A model generated the notes under the pieces. That model was not told where the DNA came from and searched no databases. It saw only the letters and a list, made by a program, of their open reading frames with translations. Below are positions 11,801-25,007 of a stretch of DNA of 64,000 nt, one piece after another. The stretch spans positions 1,302,001 through 1,366,000 of the forward strand of contig RSEE01000001.1 of assembly GCA_003971905.1 (NCBI GenBank), given 5' to 3'. Source of the stretch: Moniliella sp. 'wahieum' (taxonomy: Eukaryota). Made by a program: the position numbers and the translations under genes. Position 1 is the first letter of the stretch, and each line of letters starts with the position of its first letter.

Positions 11801-14800
11801 AGTCGCCTAGAGCAGCGTACTTCTTCTCCAGCTGTTGGATGAACGATCCCACCGATTGCTGCAGCAAAGCCTCGCGAGACATGGCGTGCTGGTCATCCGG
11901 GGAATCCACTAACGTGGAAAGCAGAGCCAGTGTCTTGGAAGGATCAATCACATCTTGAACGAAGCTGTTTACCTCGTAGGTGAGAATGCTCAAAAGCTCG
12001 AGGTTCGAGCCACGACTGGGGAGTCGATCGTGGTCATGGGATCCCTTCTCGGAGCTGCCAGCAAAGGTGGACTCACTAGGCCAAGCCGTGGCCAAAGGCA
12101 AACTCGTGCGCTGCAGCGTACGCGACTCGAAAGCGAGGACCACCTTCGATGTAGAAGCCGCCCGCTCCTGGCGGACCTGTTGGAACTCAGCGAGACTGTG
12201 GCGGGCTGCCAACGGATCGACCGGAACTTCGGAGAAAAAGTTGAAGGAATTGCAAGGCAATTCGAACAACACCACTTCCCAATAAAGTTAGGTCAAGGCC
12301 GTTTTGGGCCATGTCCAACATGCGGCTGCAGGCATGAGTCCATGCTACCACCCTTTGTGACCACACGGGGGATGGCGAAACTGCACCAAAGAGACCGACA
12401 CGGGCGTGATCCAAAATAGCAGCAAACGTCGCGGTTTGGCCAGGGAACCGGTCCAAAAGTTCAGTGAGCATCCTCTCGGATTCCAACGCGCCTCCACGAG
12501 CCGAGGCGTCCCGCAGCACGACGGTCAACTGGTTTTGAAAGTCAGCATCAGAAAACTAAGGGTATGAGAGAGGAGAAAGAGCACATACCAGGTACATGAT
12601 AACGAAAACATGCTGCTGGAACACCCGTGAGCGCGACGACGGCGCCATACCGGCCAAGAGAATGGACAGTTCTTGCCGGCGGCGATGCTCGCGACCATTG
12701 TCAAACTCGGAGAGCTTCAGCAACCGGCCGTCAAGCAGAGGTTGCGTGCTTTTGACCAGGAATGGTTTGAAGTAGTCGACGGGGTCGTGTGTTCTGACCA
12801 GGTCGCGAACCCAGGACAAATCCCATAGGTCAATGTGCATCAAAGCAGCGCGAGCGACTTCATCGTTATCTTGAGCCCCGACGATACGGCGCAGCAACAC
12901 CCGACCCGTTGCGGCAGGCTCGGCATGGAAAACTTCCACGCTTCGGGAACGGACCAAGGCGGCAGCATCAAATGTCCCCATAGGAGAAGGGCGACCGCAT
13001 GAAGGGCGATAGCCGCAGCACCACAAAGCAGGGCGGGGAAGCGTGCCGTGGTGGCTCGAGACGACACTTTTTGGGTGCCAACCACATCGCGAATCTGGTC
13101 GAGCACCGCGGCATCCTCAGGACGCACGCTGTCTGCATGATGGAACAAAGTGACAAGGAACGAGAGGATGGGCGCGAGGGCGGCCTTGTCAGTGGATGCA
13201 GTCAGGCATGGAGCGTTGGAGAACCCCACGGCCGCTGGTGTGCTCGCCGAGGAGGCAAATTCCTCCCAAATAGCGCTCATCGCGACGCCCCGTCGCTGAA
13301 CCAACACATCGAGACTGGACGAGATGCTGGCGCAAAGGCTCACCAGTGGATGATCACGAGGCACCTGCTGGAGCGAGGGGGACTGCGACAGCTGCGATAG
13401 CACGCTATGCAGAGCGGCAAAGTTGAGGTGCTGTGCTGAACACAGGCGGAGCAGGAACAAAACCGCATCGTGGATGTCGGTGTACAAGGCCAAAGCAGCA
13501 TCGTCCAATCCTCCGGCGCCATGAGGAACGGCAGCCGTACCCAGCAGCTGGTCCAACAGCCCAGGAACATCCATATGGGCAAGTCCAGCGGGCCATAATG
13601 CAAGAGGCTGCGTGCGCTTGTAGTACAAGTAGGCATGGAGAAGTGGGGCACCTTCAGGGAGCACGACCAAGTCCTGTGACAAACGTTCAAGATGAGCGGC
13701 GATGATGTGAGCACGATCTTGAAGTTGAAGAGCGATACTCCGTCTCTTCGACTCAGTAGAGTCGTCAGAGGCCTTTTGCGGACACACCAACGGATCCCGT
13801 GTCTGCAAATGACAAGGTTAGCTCAAGAAAAATCAAGGAATGGGTTCAATGCGTACCGTCTGCCAACGTGCGTGAACCACGCCGTTCATATCTTGTGCCG
13901 CCAGAGCGGCTGAGAGATCAGGGTGGTGGGCAACCAGCTGGGTAGCAGCCGCGGCCGTAGCAGAAGAGACCGACCCCAGGAAAAGTCCCCTCCGCAAGGT
14001 AGTCAAACATGTCGTCACCTGCAACCTGAGTCGCTTGCAAAAGTTGGTCATCCAAGGCAGCCATAGGCAAACGCACATGGCCGAATCCAGCAACGGAGGA
14101 CAGAACGCCCACACAGACGGACCCATCGAGGATGGGGCCAGAGCCGACTCTGAGGGGGGCAGCAGCAACGGACGCCCACTCTTGGATACCCATTGCAGCC
14201 GCTTCGTGTCCTGCTCTTTCGTAGCTTTCGACGTTGTGGAAAGGATGATTTCGATACCACGATTGCGCATCGCTCGAGAGAGTTCCCCGTCGCTGGGTCG
14301 GAGGTCATGAACAAGCGGAACGACGGGTGCGGCCGTAGCACCTCGACTTCCCCGGCAAACGCACCCTTTTCCGCCAAGACCAACACCGCATCGTTCTCAA
14401 AGAGCGAGTTGAGGCGATCAGGACAGCCGAGGCGCACTGGTTAGCGTCTTGGAGGATCACCCATCGACCCTCGCGGATACAACGGACGAGAGGCCCGTCG
14501 GTCCAAGTGAACCTAGCACCAGCTGTAGCATGGTCGTGAGCATCCAGCTGTGCCAACTCTTCGTCCAACTGCTGGTCCGTCTGATGAAGGATGCTGGTCA
14601 ATGCCAGAGGAAGCTCCGCCATTGATGCCAGCACCTTGACAGAGGTCGCCATAGTAGAGATAAGCTGAGGAGCATCACTCGTACTGTTGAGCGCCCTCAA
14701 CGAGTGCAGCAACTCGTGGAGCTTCGTTTGAGCAGTCATGGGAACCCCATCCTCCGTCCCCGCATGCTGGGCCGTAAAGTCGGCCAAGGCTTTCCCAAGC

Positions 14801-17800
14801 ACAACCAGTGTTTCCCGAGCTGCCGCCTCAGGATCCACTTGCTCAAACGAACCCAACAAATCGGAGGCGTCCGACATGGCATTGAGGCGAATCACCTCCG
14901 CTTCAACACCAATCAGCTTTGCCGTCAATTGGACGGTGGCCGTCTGCCCACCCCAGGCGGTCCATTCAGGATCGCCAGCCAGTTGCGCTCCACGCATGCA
15001 GCGATGTACTCTACCTTTGGAAGCTGAGACTGGGAGCCAGGCGGGGTAGATGGGAGAAGTGGTGGGGGAGATGTCGCTCCACTTCAAAGCCCTCAAAAGA
15101 GACAGCGGAAGGAGAGACACGACCGAAGGTTGACGGGTGGGCTCTAATGGGTAGCCAAACACCTGTTCAAAGAGTGCCGCACACTCCTCGTGGTCTGCAA
15201 GAGAGGCGGAAACGAGACACATAGAGGAGACGAACAATGTGTTCGGGACGAAGATCGTTGTGGTTGTCCTTGGCCACCTGAATCCAACGGAGAATGTCGC
15301 GCAAGTTGAACTCCCATGGACGTCCAAGTCGACCGAGGACGCCGCGAGCGGTAGCGTCACTGATGGCACTGTTGAACTGGATCACTTTGGACAGTTCGCC
15401 CTCAGGAAGGCCAGCCGCGGCACGGCGGCAAACGATGGAGAAGTCTTCGCTTGTTAGCTCATGCACATGGACTTTGGTAAACGGTTGAGGAACGACTGGG
15501 GCAACCCCTTACGTCCTCCACCTTGCGATTGAGGATTTTGTGCAGCAAAGACGCGAAATTCGTCGTGTTTGCTAAAGGTACGATCCAGCTCCGGCACGTA
15601 AATTTCCCCACGGTGATCCAATGTCGAGTTGAGACCCTCCAGCACTGACTGGGAAGCGAGGTTCATCTCGTCCAACAACACCCTGATGCAAAGTCAGCCA
15701 ACCAACCGAACCAAAGGGGAAAGAAACATACCATTTACCCTCCTTGAGAGCCGTCAAGAATGCCGCGTCGCGCCAGGCAAACTCACCCGGCTTGCCAGCC
15801 GGCTGAGGCATCTCCGACCCAAAGAGGTCAGCAATTTCGGTTTGCTCAGACAAGTTGATGCGAATGAGGTCTTGGCCTGCAGCCGCAGCCAAAGCCGACA
15901 CCAAACTCGTTTTGCCAGCGCCAGGCGACCCCTCTAGCAGCACCGATTTGGCCGGCACCTGGAGGGCACGAAGAACGTTAAGGGCGTTCTGCGCTGTAGT
16001 CGGAGCATCAAAGGCAAATGTGGAGTCGGCCCCTTTGTCGGTCGAAGATGCTTGGGAGAACTTCGGGAGGCGATAAGGACCGAGAGAGATATACCCATCC
16101 ATTGAGGTCATGTGAAGGGGCTCGTCGAAGACTGCTCGCTGGACACAGGATCAACCTCAGCAGCCCTGGTACTCAAGTGGGCCGCAGCGCGTTTCCGAAT
16201 GACAGGGAGCCGTTCGGGTGGTAACGACATCAAGCCCAACAAGGTAGGCAACCCCTCCAAGACGACCAAGTTGGCGCCCTCTGACAAGGCGACTCCCAAG
16301 GGGAGCTGTGTCCCGTGAAGATGATCGACACTAGTAGCCACCACAAAGGCGGCCCAAGCGAGGTAGTCACGCAGCGTGAGGAGTTGCGTGGCGGGCATGC
16401 CAACCTCGTGGCTCAGCCAGGCAGCAAAGTCCAACATCACTTCAGCCAACTCCTCCTTTTGCGGCGCCTTTGCAAGCGACGAAAGCAGGATGGCCCGCAC
16501 ATCGTCGCGGTTGTCGATCGGGGGACCCAGATTTCCGTGAAACGATTTCGCAGAGCAGGAGACAGCTCTTCTTGCCATAGTCGCCACCCGGGTTCATGGT
16601 CGCGGCAACTTGGAACGCCTGAGCTGCTGTCACGATGTGGGCTGCATCACCTGGGCCAGAGCTGGCGATGAGCCGGATGGGTCGGTACCGGCCGCATCAG
16701 ACACGCGGGCCGGAGCCTGTACTCGATTGGGCAAGGTGATGGTCCGGGCCGGCTCAAGAACTGAGTTGAGACGCTCAAGCACCGAGTCGTCCGCTAGCGA
16801 GATCTCATCAAGGAGAATGTGGTCGCCACGCAACATGGAGAGAATCAAAGGACCATCGTACCACTCAAACAACATACTGGCCCGCTGGACGAGAGCCAAC
16901 GTATCCTGCAAGTCATCAACCTTGGAGCGCAGCTCCCCATCCTCCTTGTACTGCGCAATGGCCTCCTTCAACCCCCTGGAGCCTGGTCGAGCGAATCAGG
17001 CTGGGCACCCAAAAGTCGGCAGCCGTGTCCAGTGCGCTGCGGACGACCGAGGCACGGTTGCGAAGAGGACGCATGCCACCGAGCAAGTCGGACGCGTCCG
17101 TGTTTTGGTGGCAGTTGACCACGTCCAAAGTAACGTTGAACGCGCGCGCCGCCGTGATGGCACACACAGCCGTCTTGCCCGTACCCGGCTCACCAACAAA
17201 GAGAACAGGTTCGTTGTATTGGAACGCGGTGCATTGCAAGCAGAGAAGGCGTTGCAGGGCTCGGGTGGGCGTCAAGCCGGCATCCTTGACAGCCGCCTGG
17301 ACCGCCTTGGCAAAGTCAGCGCCAAGATGACGGGTAAGGACGTTGGCTTCGTCCAGATTGTACAGCCGCTCAGGGTCAATCTTGACACGGAAGATGTCCT
17401 CCAGTACCTCCTGTACCGTCAGACGGTCTTGAGGCCGACGCGCACGCTCTGCAAGGAGCATGTATCCATTCTCAGCCAATTGGTCGTATCCGATTGCCTC
17501 CCGAGCCCCCCACCGGAATAGATCACGGAGCGTAGCGAAACTGTGCTTAGTCTCGAATACCCGATCGCTTTGCCGTCGCCGCGTCAGCTCATGGAAGACC
17601 TGGACGATCTTGTCGGCGTATGAACGAGGGATGGCGCATCGATTCTCCAGAATCACGGCCAGCTCTGTGGTTGGCACATCGTCAAAGTGCGCCTCGAGAA
17701 AGCGGTTGCGGAATGCCCTAGACAAGACCTTCCGGCCACCATAAAGCCAGGCGGGTTTTGCGTCGCAAAGAGCATGAAGCTCGGGTGCGGCCGCACCACC

Positions 17801-20800
17801 TCGCCCGTTTCGGGGATCAGCAGTTCCCGGTTGTCGTCCAAGAGGCGATTGAGTGCTTCCAGCACATCGGTTGGCGCCAAATTGAGCTCGTCGAGCACGA
17901 TCCAGTCACCACGACGCAAGGCGCGTACGAGGAGACCTTCCTGGAAGCGAAGAGCGCCCGTAGCTGGGTCGCTGGCATACGCACCCAAATACTCTTGCAG
18001 GTCGGTATGTTCGTGGTTGTTAATCCGAACGAAACGGTGGCCGGTGCGACGGGCAAGGTACTCAATCGCCGAAGTTTTTCCAGCCGACGTAGGGCCTTGA
18101 ATGAGCACGGGGTACCTGCCAATCGCCACCGCCCGCGCAAGCGCAACCAACTTGGCTTGCACCGAGGGGTAATGACATACCCCGGCGCGTCGGCCGCGCC
18201 AAGGGGACCCTCGGGAAGCCAATAGGGGCCCAGTTGGACGTGAGGACCCAGCTCGGCAGGAGGCGAAGGAGGGACGAGCTTCAGGAGCTGCTTGGCGTTC
18301 TTGGCTGGCGCCACAATCCTGCGCGTAACCAGGTCGGTGATCTTAGTCGTGCTGTCGGAGTCCAAGCCCATGGTGAAGCACATGAGGAAACCCTCGTACA
18401 GGGCGCGACGCAGCCCAAACGACGCAGCAAGCTGCACCGCGGAGGTAAGGGCCCGGGCCAAGGTGCGGATCGAGTAGTGCGGACGCTGATTCGCGCCATC
18501 CGCCACCTCGCCCCGTTGGCCAACGCTTGATGTCAAAGTAAGCCTGGGCCGTGTGATCCACCACCGCCCGGTCCCGCGCAGCCAGCTCGCCCACATACTT
18601 CTCCACAATCGCTCGCAACGCGTCGCGGTTGCCATCGGGGCTGGGCACATAGAGCTCGGTGAAACGGGCGCGAATGGCCGAGGGCAGCGATTTTTTGCCC
18701 ACGTCCGTCGCCGGGTTCATACAGGCAAACAGACGGAACTGGGGATGGCGAGGAATGGGCTCCAGGTCGCCGCGCTCGGTGAGGGTGACGCTCGAGGTGG
18801 GACTTTGTAAAAGACCCGAGAGGAACTCGAGTGTCTCGTCAGCAGCCAAGTTGATCTCGTCCAACAGGATCCACTCTCCCCGTCGCAGTGCCCGCACGAG
18901 GGGGCCCTCGACAAAGGCAAAGTGGAACTTGGCCGCTGCGACCGGGGCCAACATGCTGAAGACGGAACTCTTGCACGCGCGCGGTAAACCGCTGCCAACG
19001 CTGCGCACGTTCGCTCTCGTCCGTCTTGGCAGCCGGAGATGCTTCGCGCGCCCCCCCTGATCCAACCGCCGGCGTTTGGCATCACCGCCATCGTGGCTGC
19101 CGACAGGCTGCTTGGCGGCAGCCTCAGCAGCTAATTGAGAGCTTTTGACCCAAAGGTCAGCGAGCTTGCTCCACTTGCCGTGGCTAAGCGCCTTGCGCTC
19201 CGCATCGATGAACTTGGCATTCCTCTTGGCCGAAAAGGAGGCTGTGAACAAGTCAAACCAATCATTGTGCAGCTCCATAGCAGGCATGCGGGGCTCGATG
19301 GGTTTGAATCCGCCCAACAAGTCGCTTGCTTCCGATTGTTGAGACAGATTGAGAGCGGTAAGCGGTCGGGCGTACCATGCGGGCGAGTTGCTGCACGACC
19401 GTTGTCTTTCCTGTTCCCGTCTCGCCCACCAGCAACAGCGACTCGTTCTGAGAAACAGCACACCCAGCTGCTCCATCAAGGACACGCTCGCCTTGGTCAT
19501 GGCAAAAGTGCTGGATCCGCGTGCTTGGCCTGGTTGGGCAGGCGCAATCGGCAACGAAGCGCGCCCGACACTCACAGCAGGGGCACCCGAAGCGGCAGTC
19601 GATTTGCCTAACTCTGGGGTACGATGATTCAGCACCCAAGCCACCCGCTCTTCTCCAATGTTGAGCGCCTCGGCCAGAACCGCAGCGAGGGACCTGCGTT
19701 GCCGCTCACCCGAGTCCATTCCATCTTCCGTAGTGGTCACGAGGGGTTCTTGACTGTGATCAAAGTGGAGTCAGTAAGGATCGGGGGCCAAAAAAGGAGT
19801 GGGGGGGGGAGCGAAGGGAAACGTACGCAGGAATGCTTCCTAGGAAAATGTCCATGCCATCCAAGAACGCTTGTTCTTGCACCACAGGATTGGACAAAGC
19901 CGCATCGCTGCCGAGTCCGGTGGTTTGGGTAATGTGGGGATGCGGCCACCATTTGATCAAGTCGCGCAAGGTGGGGGGCGATGAGAGCGGCGGCAGGAGA
20001 GGAAGCAGAAGCGGCAGCTTCGGCAGCGCGAAGTTGCTCAAACGCCGAGATGAAGGTGGGAATGGCGGGGCCGTCGAGCGAAGGAAACAAAGACTGGAGC
20101 ATGGCCAGACATCTGCCTTGGTTGGAAGTGGAAAGGCGCACCTCGGACCAGTGGGCGCAACCGGCAAAAGAAGGAGATGGGAAGCTCTCTGTCTCGGAAG
20201 TGTCTTCAGCTCCTTGTGACCTTGGGCTGCAATACGGACGCGACGGGCGCTGCCGTCAACAGTACGTGTGCCAAAGAGACGGAAGCCAGGAGCAGCCTTG
20301 ATGGAGCCACCGGGCACGAGGGAAAGGGATGGACGGTGCCAGCGGGACGGGGGGGGACAAATCCTTGGCAAGCTCTTGATGACTGACAAGACCTCAGGCG
20401 ACCCCGATCAATGTCCTCCAGCACAACCCAGTATCCCAGACGAACCGCACGGGCTAACGCACCTTCCACCCACTCAAATCGGCCTGGGGCCGAGGGGAAG
20501 AAGAATAAGAGCCAAGCAACGCTTTCGCATCCAGCCCAGTGTTGTCGCCCAAAAGCATCAGCAGACCACGGGGGGCTGTGGCGGGATGGATGAGAGAGTG
20601 GATGTAGGAAAGGATGGCGGTTTTTCGCTGGCGGCCGGGCCTGAAACGAGGGTCGGCACACCGATGGATGTTGCACTGCCAAGTCCCGCAAGACGCTGAG
20701 GCAAGAAGGCGTTTCGACAAACCCGCTCACAAGCTCCGAAGCTGATGCATCACGCAACATAAGAACGCCTCCGAGAGAGACAATACGGGGATGAAGGGTG

Positions 20801-21611
20801 GCGGATCGAGCAGAATTGCGTCCATGTCCACATCCATCGCATCATTGGTAGGGGTGGGAAGGTATGGTGGGGGGTTGGCGGCGCATAGATCCCAGATGCG
20901 CTGCACACGTGCACATTCAGACACGATCAACGTTGCGAGAGGAAAGGTGGAGGTGCCATCGGTGACGGTAAGCGTGTCCAGAGATCCAATAAAATGAGTT
21001 TGAGCCTGGAGCCTCTCGCGCTCCGAAAGAGTGGCTCGGGCGGCAAAGACAAAGAGAGCCAGGGCCCGCGTAGCAGGCGACAAGGCAGGGGAGCGGTAGA
21101 GCGCCTCGAGAGGGTAGGTGGGCCACGGCTGCGGGAGGGAGTTGCACAGATCAGGGCTGGCGGTGACCAGACGCCAGTATGCGAGCAGGGTGGCCTGAAG
21201 ACCGGGGCCGTCTTGCTCGTCGCCAGACACGGGGCCATGGGCGAGAGGGGGGTGGGAAAGGAGCTGGAGGACGAGCGGGTAGATGTCGTCGCAGACGGGC
21301 AGGAGCGCGGCCAGCAGACGCAGTGTGGGCAGCGCCGCAGCATCGGCCCAAGAGGCGGGGGGCGAGTCAAGAAGCGGAGCAAGTAGGTGAAGAAGAATCG
21401 GATGGGCCGCCGCGATGACATGCTCGGCAGCGCGGGCTGATACAGCAGACGGCGCAGCGCCTCGATGACAGGCTCGGCTGTGCCGGAGGCCAGGCCAGCC
21501 TCGGCAGGCGCTACGGCCTGCAGCCGAGCGCCCAACCGCCCGGAGGTCAAGGCGGGTGGCTTGGGCGCGCGGGCGGCCAGCTGCAACGAGCTGAGATGGA
21601 TGGGGCAGCAT
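5833..21611 (-). CDS. MDN1: Midasin, AAA+ ATPase of 60S ribosome biogenesis; several introns and many frameshifts
   Basis: Tandem AAA modules with Walker A motifs VGETGTGKT (~19400), QGPTSAGKT (~18080), VGEPGTGKT (~17180) and EGSPGAGKT (~15920). Walker B motifs LLDEINLA, VLDELNLA, LLDEISLA and LLDEMNLA. Long linker, D/E-rich region (~6900-8700) and C-terminal MIDAS 'LRLILAPTLATRMRGDYRTGKRLNMR...LAVDDSKSM...YLNTFPFENYVIVRDISTLPDVLSATLRQW'. Introns with GT..CTRAC..AG at e.g. ~6200-6267 and ~15683-15731. Confidence 0.97.
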
Positions 21612-22817
21612 GGCAGCCTGCGGTTCTCCACAGCAAACAGAGTGGTGGTGGTGGTGGTGCTTGCGTTGGCAGGTGGCTGACTAGCTACGCCCGGTGACCA
21701 ACCAGCAGCGTTGTTGGCTTTGGAAAAAATTGATCGGTGCAAGCGCCGAGCCATTGCATGCCCAGCCTTAGATCATCATCATGCATCAGCCTCATCGATC
21801 ACAGACCACCTCTTAACCGCGGTTGCTGATTTCATTTTCGCTTCTTCAAATTGCATCCGCCATGTTGAGGGTGGTATGTGCACCCCTACAGTTCCAACTC
21901 GCGTTTGAAAAGGTCACAGCGAAGAGACCACGGGAAGCCAGAAGGTGCCAGTGGGTCAAATCGTACATAGCAAAGGTTTAGACCTGGTGTGCTGGTGGTC
22001 CTCTAAGGTGATGCAATCGTACTAGCGGTGATGGTCAGTAGTCTAAGCCAATCAGCAACACCTCGCGAGGGACAACAACGTCCAGCCGCCACCGGGAGAG
22101 CCAGCCTGCCGAACAGCGCACAGAAACGAGAAAAAGCAAACAACAGAGCTCCTATTAGGTCTGGGGCGGGACTGAGGGTACCTGCGGTGCGAATGTACCA
22201 GCCACCGTGCGGCTCAACAGAAAACAGATAGCTTGGGAAGTACAGAAGTGCTACAATGGGACTCAGGTGGAGCACTCGAGTCGGTATTTCTATACTATCG
22301 GGGTCTTCATAAAAGGCGCGTCCATTGCGAAGAGAACAACATGCCACAAAGAAAGCAGACGTTCAAACCTCTTCAGAGACAAGGCGAGAGAAACCAAAAA
22401 GGAGTGAGCTACCCAATCCTCCAAGTGAATCTGAAGGGGAGGATGCAGGAGACCAAGGGAGATTGGAGCAAGCATACTGAGGGGGTGCAGAGTGTGACAA
22501 AGAGCGGAGCCCTTCCCCGACGAAACGAGAGAGCATCATCGATCAACTTTTGAGGGCCGTGCAAGGAAATTCTAGCACTACCCTCTCGCCAAGCATGAAC
22601 AGCAGAGGCTGTCATCAAAGCATCAAAGAAACATAGACGAATGCATACAGAAACAGACAAAAAGGGGAGGAAAGCGAAAAGACAGAGACTGTGGTAACGA
22701 CGGCAAATCAAGTCTGTCTGTTTTGCCGCGCTGGCACAGACACCAAAGACATAGCCTCGCACGAATTGACGCAGTCAAGGACAGTAGATAAACATGGTTT
22801 TACACCTTACTCGGAAG

Positions 22818-23396
22818 TTAATTGGAATCCGAGACCACATTGATGGGTTGTTGGGTGATGCGGAAGTTCTCCGGGGTGCCGTATCCTACATAGGAGCAGC
22901 GTCCAAAAACACAAGCGCTAAAGTCAGCGACTAATCCACTTCCCCGCACGGAGAAAGGACAGGAAGCTCAGTGGCTTCAATATATACGCACCTGTAGTCG
23001 TCTCGTACACCGACAAGGTATTGTTGCCGGTCAGTGGCGAGTTGTTTTGATAGGTAGCATTGAAGCGGTACGAATAATAGCCGCTGTCAGTGTCTCGATT
23101 GTCGGGCTTGACTTCGTTGACGACCAGGATGCCTGAGGTGGCGTCGTCACTGTTGGCGATCCACACAGACGCAGTCTCGGAGCTCGTCTTGAAGTACTCG
23201 CCCGAGCAGTACACCACCTCAAAGGTGGCACTGAAGTGGAGTTGAGGTGGATGGTGGCGCCAGGGGCAGGCGACTTGATGCCTTGCTTTCCGTACCCGCA
23301 CAACTTGTCGCGGGGCTGAGGAGGTACAGCAACGGCCAGGGCGCCGACGGCGGCGGCTGCTAGGGCAAGAAGGGAGGTGGCGCGGAGGGCAAGCAT
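22818..23396 (-). CDS. Small secreted protein of ~155-160 aa, unknown function (effector-like); one intron (~22886-22991) and one frameshift
   Basis: Signal peptide MLALRATSLLALAAAAVGALA. Continues 'KLCGYGKQGIKSPAPGATIHLNST..FEVVYCSGEYFKTSS...SVYETTTG'. Intron GTGCGT..GCTGAC..TAG. Last exon YGTPENFRITQQPINVVSDSN-TAA. TATATA ~80 nt upstream. Confidence 0.75.
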
Positions 23397-25007
23397 CTGT
23401 GGCGGTTGTGTTTGGTTGTTGTTGGTGGGGGGTGGGAGAAGGGAGGAAGGGGCGGGAGGAGCGTGTTAAGTAGTCCTATATACCGAGAGGCTCATTTGCT
23501 GAGGGCTGGCGCAGGGAATAATGCCAAGCCAAGCAAGCCCTGCTGGGGGAAGGCGGGATGGTGTGTGAGCTGCTGCTGGGCCGGTTCCTTGCGCGGGGAT
23601 TGAGGATACTGGGCTGGTTTGACCAGCAAGGTTCTGCGAGCGAGCGAGCAGACTTGCCTCAGCGCCAGCATGCGACGGAGGATTGAATATGATGGTTGGG
23701 GGGTGGCACGGACAGCCGGGACAGGTGACGCAATGTGGCGTGGCGGCAGTGGTGCGGCCGGTGGCTTGGCGCGAGCGGAGGTGTGTGGCAGAGAACTGCA
23801 GGAGCCCGGCGCCTGTGCGGTGCTTCGGGCCAAACAAGCCGCCTCCGCGGCACTCAGCGTGCCGAGTGCAACCAGGTGGTGTGCACTGCAGTGTCGACGG
23901 AGACCCGGGGTGCTCGGCCGAACTGAGACGCGTGGCTAAGCTGGCTGGGCGCCTGTCTGTGCCAGCCCGATCGAACAACCTGCCCTGATCGATCATCTCA
24001 CCCTCAGTACTCAGCTGAGTGATGGCCGGTGGCCCCGTATGATCGTGCCGATTGTACGACGCGGTTACGGCACCAAAGCGATCAGCGAGCTAGTAGCTAG
24101 TGATTATTCCTCTACCTGCCCGTGCCCCCCCATCTACCTCACACTCGTCACTCCCTCCACACGGAGCTTGACCCCGGAATTTAGGGTGAAAGCCCTTGGA
24201 TATGGCATTAGAGTTCCGTACGTTCGGTCCTGCTTCAGATCATCGAGCGGGTGTAGAAGCGAGGGAGAGACCCTCTAATTTGGGTTGCTGCTTGCGTGCC
24301 AAGGCCGCAGCTCAGACACTCTGAGGTAGGAGCCGCGTACGTAGGTCGTAAGACCAATTAAAGGGGTCCAGGATCTCCGAAGTTACTCTACTCTGTTCCT
24401 CGCGGAGTTACCACACTCGGTACGCTACAGTAGGCGAACAGACAGAGTCCTAAAGAAAAGCAAGCGCTACTGATAGTAACCGCGGCTTGCAGAGTGGTCG
24501 ACGTAAGTCGTAAATTCGTAAATGCAAGGGTGAAGAGGGAAGCTTGAAGAGGGAAGTCGGGGGGCAGACGTGGGTTTTGGGCGGTGAGGATCACCGCCAG
24601 CAAGCCTCAGACAGTGCTGCTTACATACCGTAACATCAGAACAGGCATCAACGTTCAACAGAAGAAAGGGAATCTACAGTACTAGTAAGGGGTAAAGGCA
24701 ACCTGTTCTGCCCAAACTGCGATCCGTCGGTGGGTCGCAGTCGATGTGGGGTTCTGTCAAGGCGCCGCAGATACGAAGCTTCGTACCGTTAAGTCCAGTC
24801 CTCTCCTGGTTCTCCGCGGAAAATATCTGCGGCAAGTTGTCCGCGCTGACTCTTACTCACAAGTGTCGCGGGGCTGGCATGTACTTCGATGAGAGTTCTA
24901 CGAAACGCGGGGCTCGGTGTCCGGAGATGACCAGAGCGACCCATAACAGACTCGGCCATTCGCCACACATTCAATTCCCAGACGCTCGCCGCGGCGCTGC
25001 CCCCGCC

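Noticed and set aside
21900..22800. Short ORFs between MDN1 and the secreted protein gene
   Set aside because: No coherent motif, splice structure or start context. Treated as UTR or intergenic.
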